A DNA stretch of 64,000 bases from Eutreptiella sp. 'Long Island Sound 2002' (Eukaryota; Protista; Euglenida), in assembly GCA_964036045.1 (NCBI GenBank), contig OZ038378.1, positions 137,144,001 to 137,208,000 of the forward strand, written 5' to 3'. Position numbers and translations under genes: made by a program. The notes below the pieces were generated by a model. That model did not search any database, was not told the origin of the DNA, and worked only from the letters and a program-made list of their open reading frames with translations. The first letter of the stretch is position 1, and each line of letters starts with the position of its first letter. Below are positions 37,718 through 51,049 of this stretch, piece after piece.

Positions 37718-39444
37718 CTGCAGAAGCAAGAAGGGTGGTTGCGTTGCACGTTGAGGACATGCAGGTGGAATAGGTATAAGAAAAGCATAAGGGCAACAGA
37801 ACCGAGTGGGGCTGAATCGTCCCCAGAAGAGAAGACACTGGGGATGGCACACCCCATCAAAAGCAAAAAAAAAAACAGGTTTTCACAATGGCTGCTGTTT
37901 TAGGCACAGAACCAGTAGATGTCATGCCATGTTTGTGGTTTTGTCTATCTTTCCTCTGTTTATCTTTTGCACTTTGCCCATGGCTTGTTTCCGGTTTCCT
38001 GCGGCATGCTCTTGTCCAAAATAAGTGCCAGTGCCTTAGACTAGTACAAGAGGACTGGCGCTTCTCCTGGCATGTGAGAAAACCAGAGGATAAATTGTCT
38101 CAGGGGTTGTCCGCCTGCATTGAGAAACAAGAAGCTTGTGCTGGCAGGGGTGAAAATTGAAAATGTGAGGAATTTCGAATCATCGCCGTTCTTGTTTCCC
38201 ATGCAACAACGTGCCTTCACTACTTTATACAACGGTTGTTGGGACATAAACGACAAATACACAGGAGCATGTGCAGGATGTTGAAAGCAGGAGGCCAGGA
38301 TGCCATGATGCATATTGGCAATGTTCGCTGACGTATCACTTACATTTTCTTTGTAAGCATGCTCTGACTGCCCATGCTCTGGCCCCAATACAGGTGCATA
38401 AGACTGGGGAGCTGGAGGCAATTTTGACTTGGGAAAGCGGCAGCTAAGCCCACCACACGCACCAGCGCCACCAGATCCCAACTGGTATTTTCCTCCCCCT
38501 CTTTTCTACTCGACCCCTTCAACCTTGATATCCTCCAACTGGCCCTCCGATTTCCAGGGGAGGCACAACACAAGGTGCAGACCAACCACAACTGCTCATG
38601 AGGATGGGCAGAGCAAGAGATTAAGCGAGAAGAGATTACAGAAAAGCGCCCGTAGCCACTATCCTCTGCCTCCTCCTAAACATAGGTACTTCCTTCTAGT
38701 GGAGGCACCATCAGACAGATAGAAGTATATAGGGTTGCATTGGCCTGGATATTCCCAGCAATGGGTACCATAGGCCTCAGGGTGAGGGCTTGTGAGGTCG
38801 ACTTAGGGTTCGGGATACAGCCTGGGTCCATGGGGCCAGAGGCACACCCTCCTCACGATTAGACCATCTTTCTGTAGTATAATTGGGCAGCTCAAAAAAA
38901 GAATAAAAGAATATTCCACCAGGCTGCATACCCAACCCTCAGCCATAGCCAGTCCCCAAGCCGTATGCCGCTTCTGGGGGGGGCAGTATGATCCAGCCTT
39001 GAGGGGGCATTTAGTGAAACCTAGTATGCGCCGTAGTAAAACCTAGTAAAATGTAGTAAAACCTAGTAAAATGTAGTAAAACCCGGTAAAAATTTTTTTT
39101 AAATTTTGTTGAAAAAGCTTTTTTTTTTACTAGGTAGAAAAAGCAAAAATTTTAAAAAATTTTCCTCACTTGGTTACTAGGTAGTGACAAATTTGGACTG
39201 AATTTGAACAAAAAACACAAAGTTTATGGGGGGGGGGGGGTCAACGGTAGGTGGTATTTGTGTTTAAGGGCATGGTGCCCCCTGGTCTATTCCAGGCCAC
39301 TTGTGTAAGTGGCGCCCCACCCGGGCCAAACCGTGTATTGCAAGGTCAGCAGAAACAAAATGAGGCTCAAGAAAAGAAGGAGCTTTTATATCATATATGT
39401 ATATATATATACATATACATATATGAGGTGCACACACGTGTGCT

Positions 39445-39760
39445 TTATATGAAATCGCAAAACACGCGCTTGTAGATGAGGTCCGCCTTCTTATCTTTGT
39501 ATGTGGGCTGCGCAGAGGGAGGGTTGTGCTTGCACATGTTGCGAAGCACGCCCGTGTTCTTTGTATCCAACTCTTCAATTAGATTTTTGTCATACTCCAA
39601 CTTCCCAAAGGCATCTTTTGTGTAATGTTCTCGAACAAAAAATTCCTTCCCACGGATCACCACCTTTGGACGGACCTCCTCTACAGAAGGCGGCTTGTCA
39701 ACCACAAGCCGGTCACCCAAGGTGAATGCCAACACAATGCATGCCAGTGTGGCAGTAAAT
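39445..39760 (-). CDS. Short protein-like ORF inside the TIR element, possible SAP-like helical motif
   Basis: DRLVVDKPPSVEEVRPKVVIRGKEFFVREHYTKDAFGKLEYDKNLIEELDTKNTGVLRNMCKHNPPSAQPTYKDKKADLIYKRVFCDFI. The L..L....L...CK......K..LI.R spacing resembles SAP/Rho-N. Confidence 0.35.
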
Positions 39761-39838
39761 TGCATTCTCCAATTGCGCAATGCCACACACATCTCCGAGG
39801 GACACAAACCGGAAGCATGCAGGGCACACTGATAAACT

Positions 39839-40245
39839 CCCCTGCCGCCTGGGGGTTCCCCACCGCTTCAAAGCGGGGGGCAGAATCAGAAGTGGCCCAC
39901 AAGTGGGCAAGATGGCTACATAACCCCTGCCGCCTGGGGGGTCCCCACCGCTTCAGAGCCGGGGGGCAGAATCAGAGGTGGCCCACAAGTGGGCAAGGTG
40001 GCTACATAACCCCTTCCGCCTGGGGGGTCACCACCGCTTTAGAGCGGGGGGCAGAATCAGAAGTGGCCCACAAGTGGGCAAGGTGGCTACATTACCCCTG
40101 CCGCCTGGGGGGTCCCACCGCTTCAGAGCGGGGGGCAGAATCACAGGTGGCCCACAAGTGGGCAAGGTGGCTGCATAACCCCTGCCGCCTGGGGGGTCCC
40201 CACCGCTTCAGAGCGGGGGGCAGAATCACAGGTGGCCCACAAATA
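39839..40245. repeat. ~4.8 tandem copies of an ~85-bp unit
   Basis: CCCCTGCCGCCTGGGGG...CCGCTTCAGAGCGGGGGGCAGAATCA.A.GTGGCCCACAAGTGGGCAAGGTGGCTACATAA starting at ~39839, 39924, 40010, 40095 and 40179. Confidence 0.95.
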
Positions 40246-42679
40246 GCCTAGTAAAAAAAATTTGTTTTTACTGGGTTCTGAAACCTAGTAAAAACAAAAA
40301 CTTTTTTTACTAGGTTCTAAAACCTAGTAAAAAAAAAGGGGGTTTTTTTACTAGGTTCTGAAACCTAGTAAAAAAAATTTTTTTTACTAGGTTCCCAATA
40401 CCTAGCAAAAACTAGTGAACCTAGTAAACTGTTACCTAATAAAAAAAATTCGAAAATTTTTTACTAGGTTTTACTACAGACCCCCTTGAGGGTCCCTGTG
40501 TGTTAACGAGTCATTTCCCTGCACAGGGGGCTGTGATCTGCTGTACATGTGACACACTAGCCTGTGGGTCTCCCACTCACACAAGTCCAGCCAACAGTGT
40601 CTAACAGGCCAGAATCCAAAACTGATGTTTTGTAATGATTTACGGTGTTCTGATGATTCGGGGCAACATTTCAACCAATTTGGAAGGCTACTATTTGCAC
40701 CTGAAGAAAGCACTGGGCTACTGGCCTCTGTGTTTGGCATAGCTGCACTCCAAGGGGCCCTGTGGCTCCAAAATAGCCCTACAGGCCGTCTCTGCAGGGA
40801 GCTCTGATTGGGGAGGCGGGGGGGAAGCTTGCATGTACCGGAGCAAGAGACACTGGATCGGTGTAGATGAATCGACATGAATGGGATGGTGCATGAAATT
40901 TTTTTGTGCCCCATCTCATTCTGGTTAGCATCATTGAGGCTGGTCAGGCTGTATGGTTTGAAAGCTCGTCACCCCCCAACAGCACTTTGACATGGTGATA
41001 ATCGACAGCGAAAAGGGGCAGAGTTTAATTGGATTTTGTATTAAAAACAATGTCTTCCAGTGACTTGAGTTTTGGCTTTGTGTCCGTTTGCATAGCTCAG
41101 CCTTTCACACCGCTCCTCCTCTGAGTTTGTCATCTCCCTCCAAATCTTGCTTTCTCCCAGTCACCATCTGCTAGGGAGTGCCCCCCAATTGTCCACACAA
41201 TTCCACCCATTTCTTTTTGATGTTGCCGCATTTATTCTCCCCCTCTCACACCCCATGTTTCAATATGCAAGAGCACTTGCAAACCCAGGGACACTGGGTG
41301 GCTGATTTGACTTGAAACGGCGGATCGTTGATGCCACGAATTGCACGGCGAATGAGCAGCAGTCTGTTTCATATAATGAAACCTGGCCCAGTGTTTATTG
41401 TGGCCTCAAGCAAGTCAAAAGCAGGCCCCGACCGCCCAGCCTTACAAGCCAGGTGATCCATTCAAGTTTTGTTCACCTTCTGTGGCATACTGGTGCGGTG
41501 CAGTAGAGGAACTTGCAATAAACCGCTAAACCTTCCTTGTTGAGGCCCTGCCGTGCCCCTGCGGTCAGCCGTGTGCAGCTGCAGCCATGGCCCTAGGGCC
41601 GTTGATTTCAAGGGTGGGGGGGTCTGCCTTCCAAGGCCGTCCCCGAGCTCTGCCTGCACCGGCTGTACCATGGCTGCCAAGGTCATGCGCCCCTCTTGTC
41701 GCCTGTGCTCTGTGATGTCCCCGTGCTGGAGGTGGCCGGTTGCGGCCCCTGGTGGCTATTGGTGGGCCCCGCAAAGGCTTGCCTGCTGCTGGCAAGGCTC
41801 ACAATACTCCTAGGCGTTTGACCCTCAGTGGGTGAGGGCCGCACCAAACGTCTTCCACATGCGACTTTGTGTTGAACGCTGTGTCTCATTTGAGAATAGG
41901 GTTAGGGTTGCCAACTAATTCAACCGTGGAAGTGTGGAAGTGCCAGATACAAAGAGGGCTAGCCGGGGAGAGCTTGCTCGCTCGGCTCTCCCCGGCTACC
42001 CCTCTTTGAATCTGGCACCTCCATGGGCTTCAGGGAACATGTTTTCGTGCCCCCATGTGGGTCCCATGTGGGAGGGAGCCCAAAGGGCCTGCAACAGGGC
42101 CGGGGGGGGGGGGAGGCTTGCATTAACCATTGTTCCTGGCTGTTTGAGGGTACAAAAAAAATTGAGTTGTGTGATGTTAAATGTCTGGGTGTGCCAAACG
42201 CTGCCCGCAATTGGATGCCATTTGAATGGCACAATTCTAAGGAAGTCAGCCACACAAATTTGGGCTACATTCGTGATGCATGATACTTCTGAACACGCGG
42301 CACTCAAGCACATCATTCTGTGCTCCCACCACAAAAAAGCAAGGCGCTATGTTTACCAAGTTGCAAAAATGGTTTACTCTGTTCCGCAGGCGGGGCTCAT
42401 ACGTCAAGGAGTGGGAAATGTGGCACATCGGGGTGTTGCGAAAATTGAACACGCATTTTGTTGCGGTGTCTCAGGGAAAACTGACTTCATTGGTTGCAAC
42501 ACTGAACAAAAGTTTCCCCGAAGCCAAAGAGAAGGACAAATAGCTCGGATGGGGATGATTAGAGCGCCTGTTGAGGAGCCTTTGAGCAGTGGCTCTCGGC
42601 CATTCATTACTTGGGAAAGCGGGCGAGGGGCAGCCGCGGTGGATACTTTTCCGACATACTGGGAAGTGGGTAAAAGGCT

Positions 42680-44900
42680 CAGCAATCAAAAACGGCAACT
42701 CTACAACCTAAGCCCCTTCCCGCTCTGCACAGCAGCACAGCAAACAATACCCCTGCAGCATAACAGTGCCACTTTTCATCGTCCAGCTGTACTTGTAATA
42801 CAGGCGCCTGTTTCTCTTTTTCTTGCTTCTCGACAACACGCATTTCGTCCAGCTTGTAGGTGTCCCCCGTTGTTACACTGAAATGGGTCATGGCATCCAG
42901 ATCAATGATGTGATGTGTTACCAGACCCACCACAATCTGGGAAGAGCATATGGGGAAATTCTACGTCTATGGCTGAGGGAGCCACTGAGCGAGAGAGGGT
43001 AGGGTAGTGTGGTAGGGAAGACGGAAGGGGTGGATGGAGAAGGGAGCCTGGAGGGAAGGCGGGTGAGCAAACGAGGAAGGCAGGAGAGCAAAGGAGGGTG
43101 GGAATCGATATCATGGAAGTCAATGCCCCCTTCATGAACAGGCATAAACATTTCCACACAATTGACATTGGTATGTGCCGGTATTATCAGTACTATATTT
43201 TACTCTGGCAGCACGGCAACCGCACTGATTTTTAGCAGTTATCACCTTGAGCCTTTGATCAGGAAACAGCATTCGTTCGCAGTCCGCAGTGCGCGTGCAG
43301 TGCAACCCCAGGGACGCAGCATGCCGTATGCCAAGAATGCCCTGCATACCTTCACCAAATTGTGCCCTAGCTTCAGAGCCTCTCGAATTGCCTCCAGCGT
43401 GTCGGGGTCATATCTGAGACAGCGTGGAAGACTGGGGAGTACAACATTGAGACTAGACCAGATCCAGATGAATCCGGTCCATGCAAGCCCGATACACAGT
43501 TGCACCATCCCCCCCATATCACCTGCCTGAACCATCTCGATGATCAATTCGATGGCAACATCAATACACCCAATTTTGTGTGCCAACATGGGCCATTCTG
43601 CATAGTTCCTGGGCAAATTATGACCCGTAACTCCCTCCAGCCCATTCCCAGAAGTTGCTTCTCAATACCCCAGCTTTATTGGCTCTGCATCATCAAATTG
43701 ACATCTGTGACAAACCTTTTCCATAAAGCAGTATCACTGATGTGCTTCTGCTCTTGTTTGTGTGCTAGGTCATGCAAAAAAGAGGCACTTTGTTCTATAT
43801 GATTGTGTCCTTCCCATCGAAAAGAAATGTTGCACAAACAGTTGCATTTGGCGCTGACTGGTTCCATCCCCTGCAAAAGGGACGTTAAAGGGACGCCACT
43901 GCCAAGCCACAGTAAACCAGGTGCAAAGCCCCAGATGACAGGGTATGGGTATTCTTGTCTTTGATGAGGGCATTGTAGTGGTGTCGGGTGTAAGTGCCTT
44001 TGGTGCGAAACACTGGGGGCAACTGCGTTATTCTAAGAATATTGCAATTCTTCATACCAGTAGGTGCCTCGGTCTCCTACCTGGCACCCCCGAGGACTTG
44101 GGCGGCTCTGTTGCACACGTAGCACTAGTGAAATAGGCCATAATTGGCTTATTTCACGCAGTTGCCCAAACCCCCAGAATTTAGGGGGTGATGGAAAAAG
44201 AGGCATCTCGGTGGCCAAACAGCGGACTTACAACCCTAGAAAAGCCCATTCAGGGGCTTTGAGGGTGTAGTGCTGGCAAGACACCATTTCTCATGAGGAC
44301 CAAAACGCAAGTGTTAACAGTCACAAATATCATGTTGCACACATGGGCCCTTTCTGCAAACACAAGCTATCACTCACGTCAGTGATGGAGTGGCACCACC
44401 GTGTTGCCCCACATGGAGCATACACCTGCAACAAGGAGCGTACGCCGAAGGCAGGCAAAGGGCTACACATAGCATAGGCCTGTTCGGACCCATTTTGTAC
44501 TGCAAGCTTTACTATGATGTAGTTAGCAATACGGTGCATAGAGGTGGGCTTAAGGACATTTGTCTAGCCATGCAAGGGAAACCTCTCGCCAATGTCCGTG
44601 ATGGCAACTCGCCGTGGCCAAAACCGCAATACCACCGGTTTGCTAGATATGATGGAGGGTTTGGGCATACCGTGGTATGCGATGGTCTAAGCAAGGCTTG
44701 CTGTGTAGCACAAAGAGAGGGCTACACACTGCATCAAGATTGCACGAGCCATTGCGCACACCGCACTACATTGGTGAGCTCCTTTTCAATTTTCCCCTAT
44801 CACTAACTTCAATGATACCACAGTTGCTTTCCCTAAAAATGACCAAACAAGAGGGTAGATGGATATCAATTTCTCTCGTTGACGTCAGCAACTTGCAACG
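42680..44900 (-). mobile_element. Decayed non-LTR retrotransposon: RT, RNase H, possible restriction-like endonuclease
   Basis: RT-like QMSLSPPLCTVLL and SAYAP near 44400-44570. RNase H-like FVTD...AIELI...DTLEAIREALKLGHNLVKV at 43250-43720. HHIIDL...EK...WH at 42680-42930. Confidence 0.45.
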
Positions 44901-46049
44901 TAATGGGATGCACATGCAAGCACATGCAAGCAGACAAGGACAGCCAAGAAGGCCTGAACAATTTCTACCAAGGACATCAATCAGAACGTCATCAGCTAAT
45001 AAGTATGCATTGGTACTATAAGCACACGGTCCATCAAAAACAAAAAAAAATGAAAAGATGCCATAACCATATACTAGGTAGTTGACTGCGGGATATCATC
45101 CAGCGATCCAAGACAAAGCAGCCAACTGTTGACCAACATTGTCAACACTAGCCTCTCCCTTCCTCTTCCGCACCCCCCCCAGCCTCTTATGTTGGCCCAC
45201 TGAGGATGGCGTAGCAATAGCAAAGGGGGGGGGGCTTACCAAATGAGGCAAAGGGAGTAGCGGTAGTGGTGTGCTTGAGGTAGCGGCCTTTGCCCTACCC
45301 TTTGCCTTGCTTGGTGTGACCGTGGCAACCAAGTGTACAAACTTCTGTGCGGAGGATGTGGCTATGAGGGCCTTGATTGTGTGAGCCCTCTCCTTCATCT
45401 TTGCGTGCTTGCAGGCCAAAGACTTTGTTTTTGCTTGCTCTTGCTACCTCCAATGCAGCTGCATCTTCCTGTGCGAGTCAGTGCTGAACACGAGCACTAC
45501 AAATGGTGGGGCTAGACTTAGTTTTCGGAACCTTGGATTTAGGTTCGTAATCACTACCAAAATCAACATCGGGCGCAGCATCCCGCAGGGCCTCTTTGCG
45601 TTGGCGCATGATCCTCTTCTCCTCCTGAGGGATAGAGATTTCCATTGTCAAAACAATACTCTCCAACGGTGTCTTTGTGATTGGGGCCCACTCATTGTCC
45701 TCAATCGCTTGTGTGGGTTGAACAAAACGCACAATTGCTTTTTTGCTCTTTGCTTGCAAGCTTTGTCAGATAGCAAAATACCTAGCCAAAAAGATGGATA
45801 CCCAACCAATAGACCAGCAATATTCAACCGCACGGGTCAACTCCATCTGCGGGAGAGCACAACAAAAGTATTCCTCGCGGTAGAATAGGTAGGGTTTGCT
45901 CCACATGCAAACTAAAACACAAAGCCGGAAGAAAGCGGAGAGGCAACAAACAAGGGACCATGAAAGACAAACAGGGTCACATTGGCAATGAATGACCTGG
46001 TGTTGCTTTCTCAGAGTCCATTTATTTTTCGATGTTCAGCTGTAAAATG

Positions 46050-46830
46050 CTGTCATCGGGATTGATAAACGGCAATCGTCCATTCCAATCCATCAATTTG
46101 GGCGTGCAATCTACAACGTTGTCGATTCCCTACCTCCAATGACATTTCAGCCATCAAAAGTCCAAGTGTGCCCTGAGTGTTGTCATATACTACCGTCCTA
46201 AGTCCCTGACCTGAAGCTCGTGGGCCATGTATCATCTTTTCAATTGGCCTTCAACTACCGCCACCAGCTCCGAGCTTGCCCGGACTGTCCACGGTCAACA
46301 AGGCAAAAGTGTGTTTACCAAGTACAAGTACAAATCTTGCCGGAAACAAATGGGAAGCTGAGTTTGACTACTACGTTCTCACTATACAACGACCAAAACC
46401 GGGTTGCCAATCTTTGTCAATTTCGCCCAACCGTGGCTACACGAAAAATCCTTTCTGGCCAATTTAAATTGACCTTGGACCTCAATGCTACCAATTTTTT
46501 CAACACTTTCACCATCTTGGATGCCACTGATTCACTCGTTGCCTGCACCCACTCAACACTGGGGCACAACACAGGAAGCCAGACTATGCTGTCCATCTTT
46601 GCCGAAAAAAGTTGAGTGTGGACCAGGCCTCAAAATGCGGCGATCACCGGCAGCAGGACCTCGATGTACACCCGGGTGCTGTTCGAAAATGGGATCTCAT
46701 TGATCCATCCGGAAGGTGTCCACCTCCGCCACCACCCGGTCCAACATCTCTAAGGGGATGGCCTTGTTGAAGAAGCATTACCCATACTTGTCCAACTTGG
46801 AGAGATCCGTGTTGGGTACGAAACGTGCTG
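46050..46830 (-). pseudogene. Possible 2OG-Fe(II) dioxygenase (PhyH-like) remnant
   Basis: LDKYG*CFFNKAIPLEMLDRVV...DPIFEQ...GDRR; frameshifted QLP/H (HxD position); FALLTVDSPGKL; C-terminal GNRQRCRLHAQID. Confidence 0.35.
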
Positions 46831-47989
46831 CGGGCTGCCAAATTGCCACGGGGTCCCCATCGCCAAGCCAAGGAAGGGGACATTGCAATGGGGTGGTCAC
46901 AACTGTCCCGGAAGCATGCGCTGGTGTTGTGACCCCTTCAACGGAATCTTGGAAGGCAATAGGACTCCATGTTGGTAGTGACAGCACCGGGTATAATTTC
47001 TTGCGCTTGGCAGGCAGTACGCGTTCTTGAAAACTAGTTGTGCCTTGGTGAATCCGCGAGCTTGCGTCTCCACGGCGACAGCTTTCCACTTGCGAGAAGC
47101 AACATCTCACCATTCCCTTAGCCAACGTAGTACCCAGTGTCCGATTTGCGGTGCTTCCCCTTGGGTACGTACGGGTCAACCCCGGCACGGACCTTCTCAA
47201 TGTCGGCATTGTTCAATCTCAGGACCACTGTCTTCTGGCATTGGTATGGAACATGGAGAGCAAGAAGTCGGATACTATCCCCGATTGCAAATCGATCAAC
47301 ACCGAACGTTTGGCGAAGATGCGACCCACGGTGGTGCCAAGTTGAAATGTGACACACGTGGGAAGCGTGACAAATTCAGCGGTACCCTCCTTGTCTCCCT
47401 GCCCCGGGGAGATAGTGCGCGTACTAGCGCACTCCGTGGCGGACACGAGCCAATGGCTGATGGTAGGCGGAATGGACATAAGATGGAGGGCTTTGAGAGT
47501 TCAATTGTACCAATTGCAGTGTTGTTTGCGTGTATTTGTGTGCAAATGGGAGCAATGTTTGGATGGAGTCCAATGTCTGCAGGTGCTTGTTTGACGGTTG
47601 AAGTAATGAGCCGCAAAAGTGCGCACGGCGAAGGAAAAACTCAAGTAGCAAGTACATCAGGAAGTGCAATAAGGAAGTGGTTTGTGATCAAGAAGTATGG
47701 TCAGCATCCCCATTCTGCAACACCTTTATGATCTACCAAGTAGTTAGGAAGTGGTCAGCAAGTAGTAAGTATGTGGTCATGAACCCAAGACCAACTTTTG
47801 TTACATGGTAATTTGCCAGAAACCCCGACACGGCCGTGCAATGTTCTTGTTGTCCAGGTGGCATGTGTTGCTTGTTTTGCCATTTCAAGGGGGGGAGGGG
47901 GGTTGGTAGACTCAACTTTTTTTGGGGGGGGTTCCTGCTACCCCCTTCCCGAGGACACCACATTGTAGCAAGTAAAGCATCGTAGATCG

Positions 47990-50900
47990 CAAAACAAGAC
48001 ACCACATCACATGACAAGCATAAAACTCAGCCAATTTGTTGTACCTTCACTTGGAATTCTCTTTATAACTTTAGCGACGGACAATTATACTGTTGTGGTC
48101 TTACATCTGATGCAAATATTTGTCAACACGTGTGGTCCATAATAGCACAGGATATGGCGAAAACCGCCGTTGGCTTTTGTGTCCCCTTTCAAATTGCATA
48201 CCATTGGGTTGGCAGTAGCTATGTAGGTGCGATATGTGTGAGTTCAACTGCAAGCGTTCAACGTGGAACTCCCTTTGCAAGTGCAATAGGTGTAGTGGAA
48301 GGTGCGCACGTATGTATCCTGTACATGCGGTTGTGCTACGGAAAGACCTTGTGTAACAACCAAGCGCAATGCCGTGAACCTTGAACACACGATGGTTGAC
48401 ACTATTTTCTAACATGCCCTACTTGTCATACACTCCTCATGATACAATGATGTTACCCAAATGTTCCAAAGCTAGACGTGAAGGAAGTGCGACACAGCAT
48501 TGCACACAAAAGACATACAACTGCACGAAAAGGAACGAGCTTACTAGAGACATCCAGCACCTTGACCAAGAGCACAAAGAACCACAGGAATCGGTTGCGT
48601 GCCATGCGCACGAGTGCGTCACAACTATGGGCGTTGACAACTCCAACGACACCCCTTACGGTCCCAAGACAAATGTAGCAGTTGACTCCTCCTTCACACC
48701 ATGGTGATAGAATGGTGCCAATGCCGCCATGCTTGCATCATCCATGGAGCCTCACAACTGCAGTTGACAGTCTTGCCACAAAATTGGTGACGCTTCATGA
48801 TACCGTGTGTGGTGACACCAAAGAGTTCACCACAATGCGGCCGAGCCATCGTAATTAGCAGGTGCCATGATATCATGAGCGCCCTAAGGCAAGGCCCATG
48901 GGACATGGTTTTGGCATCCATTGGCAAACTCTGCGCATTGCAATTGGTTTGTAAGAGGATCACTAACTTGTTGCGAAAAACAAAACCGCCAAATCGCACC
49001 AATGGCAAGTGATGTTAACCGGTTTGGTCGTCTCTCCCCCTTGGCGCATTCAATGGACGATGTGCGCATGGCCGTGTGTCCTCTCATGCACGGCGCACCC
49101 TTTCAAGTTGCGGTGTGGCATGGGGACGGAATTCTTGTCACACAGGTTTGGCGAAAACTCTTGCCCTTCTTCATTCCTGAATCCGGTGGTGAAACACTCT
49201 CTCCTAAAGTTGCTAGACAAAGGAATAATGCATCCCACTCTTCAGCCAATACCATTACATTAAATTGTGATGAGTTTATTTATGACAAAGCCTACACAAG
49301 TACGGTAATCAATCACGCGGTTGAGCAAGCATAGGCACAAGCTAAGGCTCGAGTTGCAAAGAGGTACTATAGATTTGACATCGTGCGGAAGCCTTGCGCG
49401 TGTGACACCGTTATCGTTGCTAGTAGCGAAGTAAGCTTCCTTCATTGTTGAACCGGACACCTCATCGCATGACACACATGAAAATCAGAAAACTTGCTGT
49501 AGCTTCACTTGGAATTCTGGCGCTAGCTTTACCGAGAGACAATTGTACTATTGTGCTGGTACATTTGCTCCAACCCATTCTTAATAGGTGTGGTCTATAA
49601 TTGTAGATCATATTGCGAATGCCGCCGGTAGTTTTCTTGTCCGATTTCGAATAGCACACCATTGTGTTGATGGTTGACATGTGGCTTTGGTGACATCTTT
49701 GCATTATGAGAAGTGCATGAGAAGTATGGGATGTTACAAAATAGTGTCAACCACCGTGCATGAGTGCACGGTTCACGCCTTTGCGCTTCATGGTTACACA
49801 AGTCTTTCCCGTCGTACAACCTCACGTACGCGATCCATGAGTGCATCTTCAACTACAACCGCTGAACTTGGAAAAGGGAGTTCCAAGTCGAACCTTCACA
49901 TTTGAACCGAGACATGCCACAGCTACAGCGCACCTGTATGTGAATAGGAAGAGCGTGGCATCGGTGCACATAAACGATATACAACTGCATGAAAAACAAG
50001 TCCTCGGTAGAACCAAGCAGCGCCTTGACCGGGACCACAAAGAGCCACAAGAAGCGGTTGTCGGCCATGTGCACGAGTGCATCACATCTATGGGCGTTCA
50101 AAACTACAACGACACCTATGACGGTCCCAGTACAACAATTGGAATTGGATACACTTTCGACACGATGGTGATAGTAGGCTGCCAACGCCTCCACGGTAGC
50201 ATCGTCCATGGAACTCATTACCGGTGTGGATGCACTCGCCACAAAATTAGTGACGTTTCATGATACCATGCGTGATAGCAGCAACGACTTCACCGCCATG
50301 CGGGTCGGCTATCGTGGCTTGTGGGTACCAGGCTACATCATGAGCGCTGTTCCGCGGTTACCATTGGAAGTGGCCGCGGCAGACATTGGCAAAATGCGCA
50401 CATTGGAGTCAATTTGTAAGAAACTTACTACCATGTTGTGAAGTCCATAGTGGCAAATCACACCAAATCTATGTGGTTTCAATCGGGTTGGTCGCCTTTG
50501 GCCCTTGCGGTATTCAATCCAAGATGTGCGCATGGTTGTCTGTTCTCCGATACACGACACACCCTTTCTCGTTCGGCTATGGCATGGGGCGTGTGATCTG
50601 GGTTTGACTAAATATCTTCCCCTTCATCACTACATTGACGGAACACTGTCTCATGATTAGTGGCGGAACACACTCTGTTGATCAATCTGGAGAAAAACAC
50701 ACGGAATACCGGCCTTCACTCGATCGCAATATCGTGAATGGTGATGGATCAATTTGTGGTTGAGGCCTACACAAGTAAGGTAATCAATCAAGCGGTTGAG
50801 CAAGCAAAGGCACATGCTAAGGTTGGAGTTGGAAGGAGGCACTATTGATGGCACATGTTGCACATCCCCTGCCCACGCAACACATGCTTTGTGTAGTACT
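47990..50900 (+). repeat. Two diverged tandem copies (~1.47-kb period) of an unknown decayed coding unit
   Basis: 48000-48120 matches 49460-49580, and 49290-49380 matches 50765-50850. Shared peptides: HKEPQE.V..H.HEC.T.MGV.N.NDT..GP and AYTS.VIN.AVEQA.A.AK. Confidence 0.75.
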
Positions 50901-51049
50901 CACAGCACGGGAGATCTGTGAGTAAACTTGGCATCGCTTTGCTGTCCACAAAGTCTTTGTGGCATATAGCTAGCATGTTGTGCGTGTACTGGTTGTCCCC
51001 AGCCCCGTTATGGCTAAGCACGGGGAAACATCATCGTGAATCATTGTGA

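Larger units (their letters stand above)
39003..40485. mobile_element. 1483-bp non-autonomous TIR DNA transposon with 4-bp TTGA target duplication
   Basis: TTGA|GGGGGCATTTAGTGAAACCTAGTA ... TACTAGGTTTTACTACAGACCCCC|TTGA. Subterminal arrays of CCTAGTAAAA/TTTTACTAGG at both ends. Confidence 0.8.

Noticed and set aside
41934-42881. 315-aa plus-strand ORF
   Set aside because: No recognisable domain; includes poly-G; overlaps the antisense strand of decayed TE sequence.
47027-47731. 234-aa plus-strand ORF, and a SET-domain reading of the minus strand
   Set aside because: The plus ORF looks like a shadow ORF. The SET-like alignment needed loose matches and lacks the NHS motif; another minus-strand frame reads more like protein.
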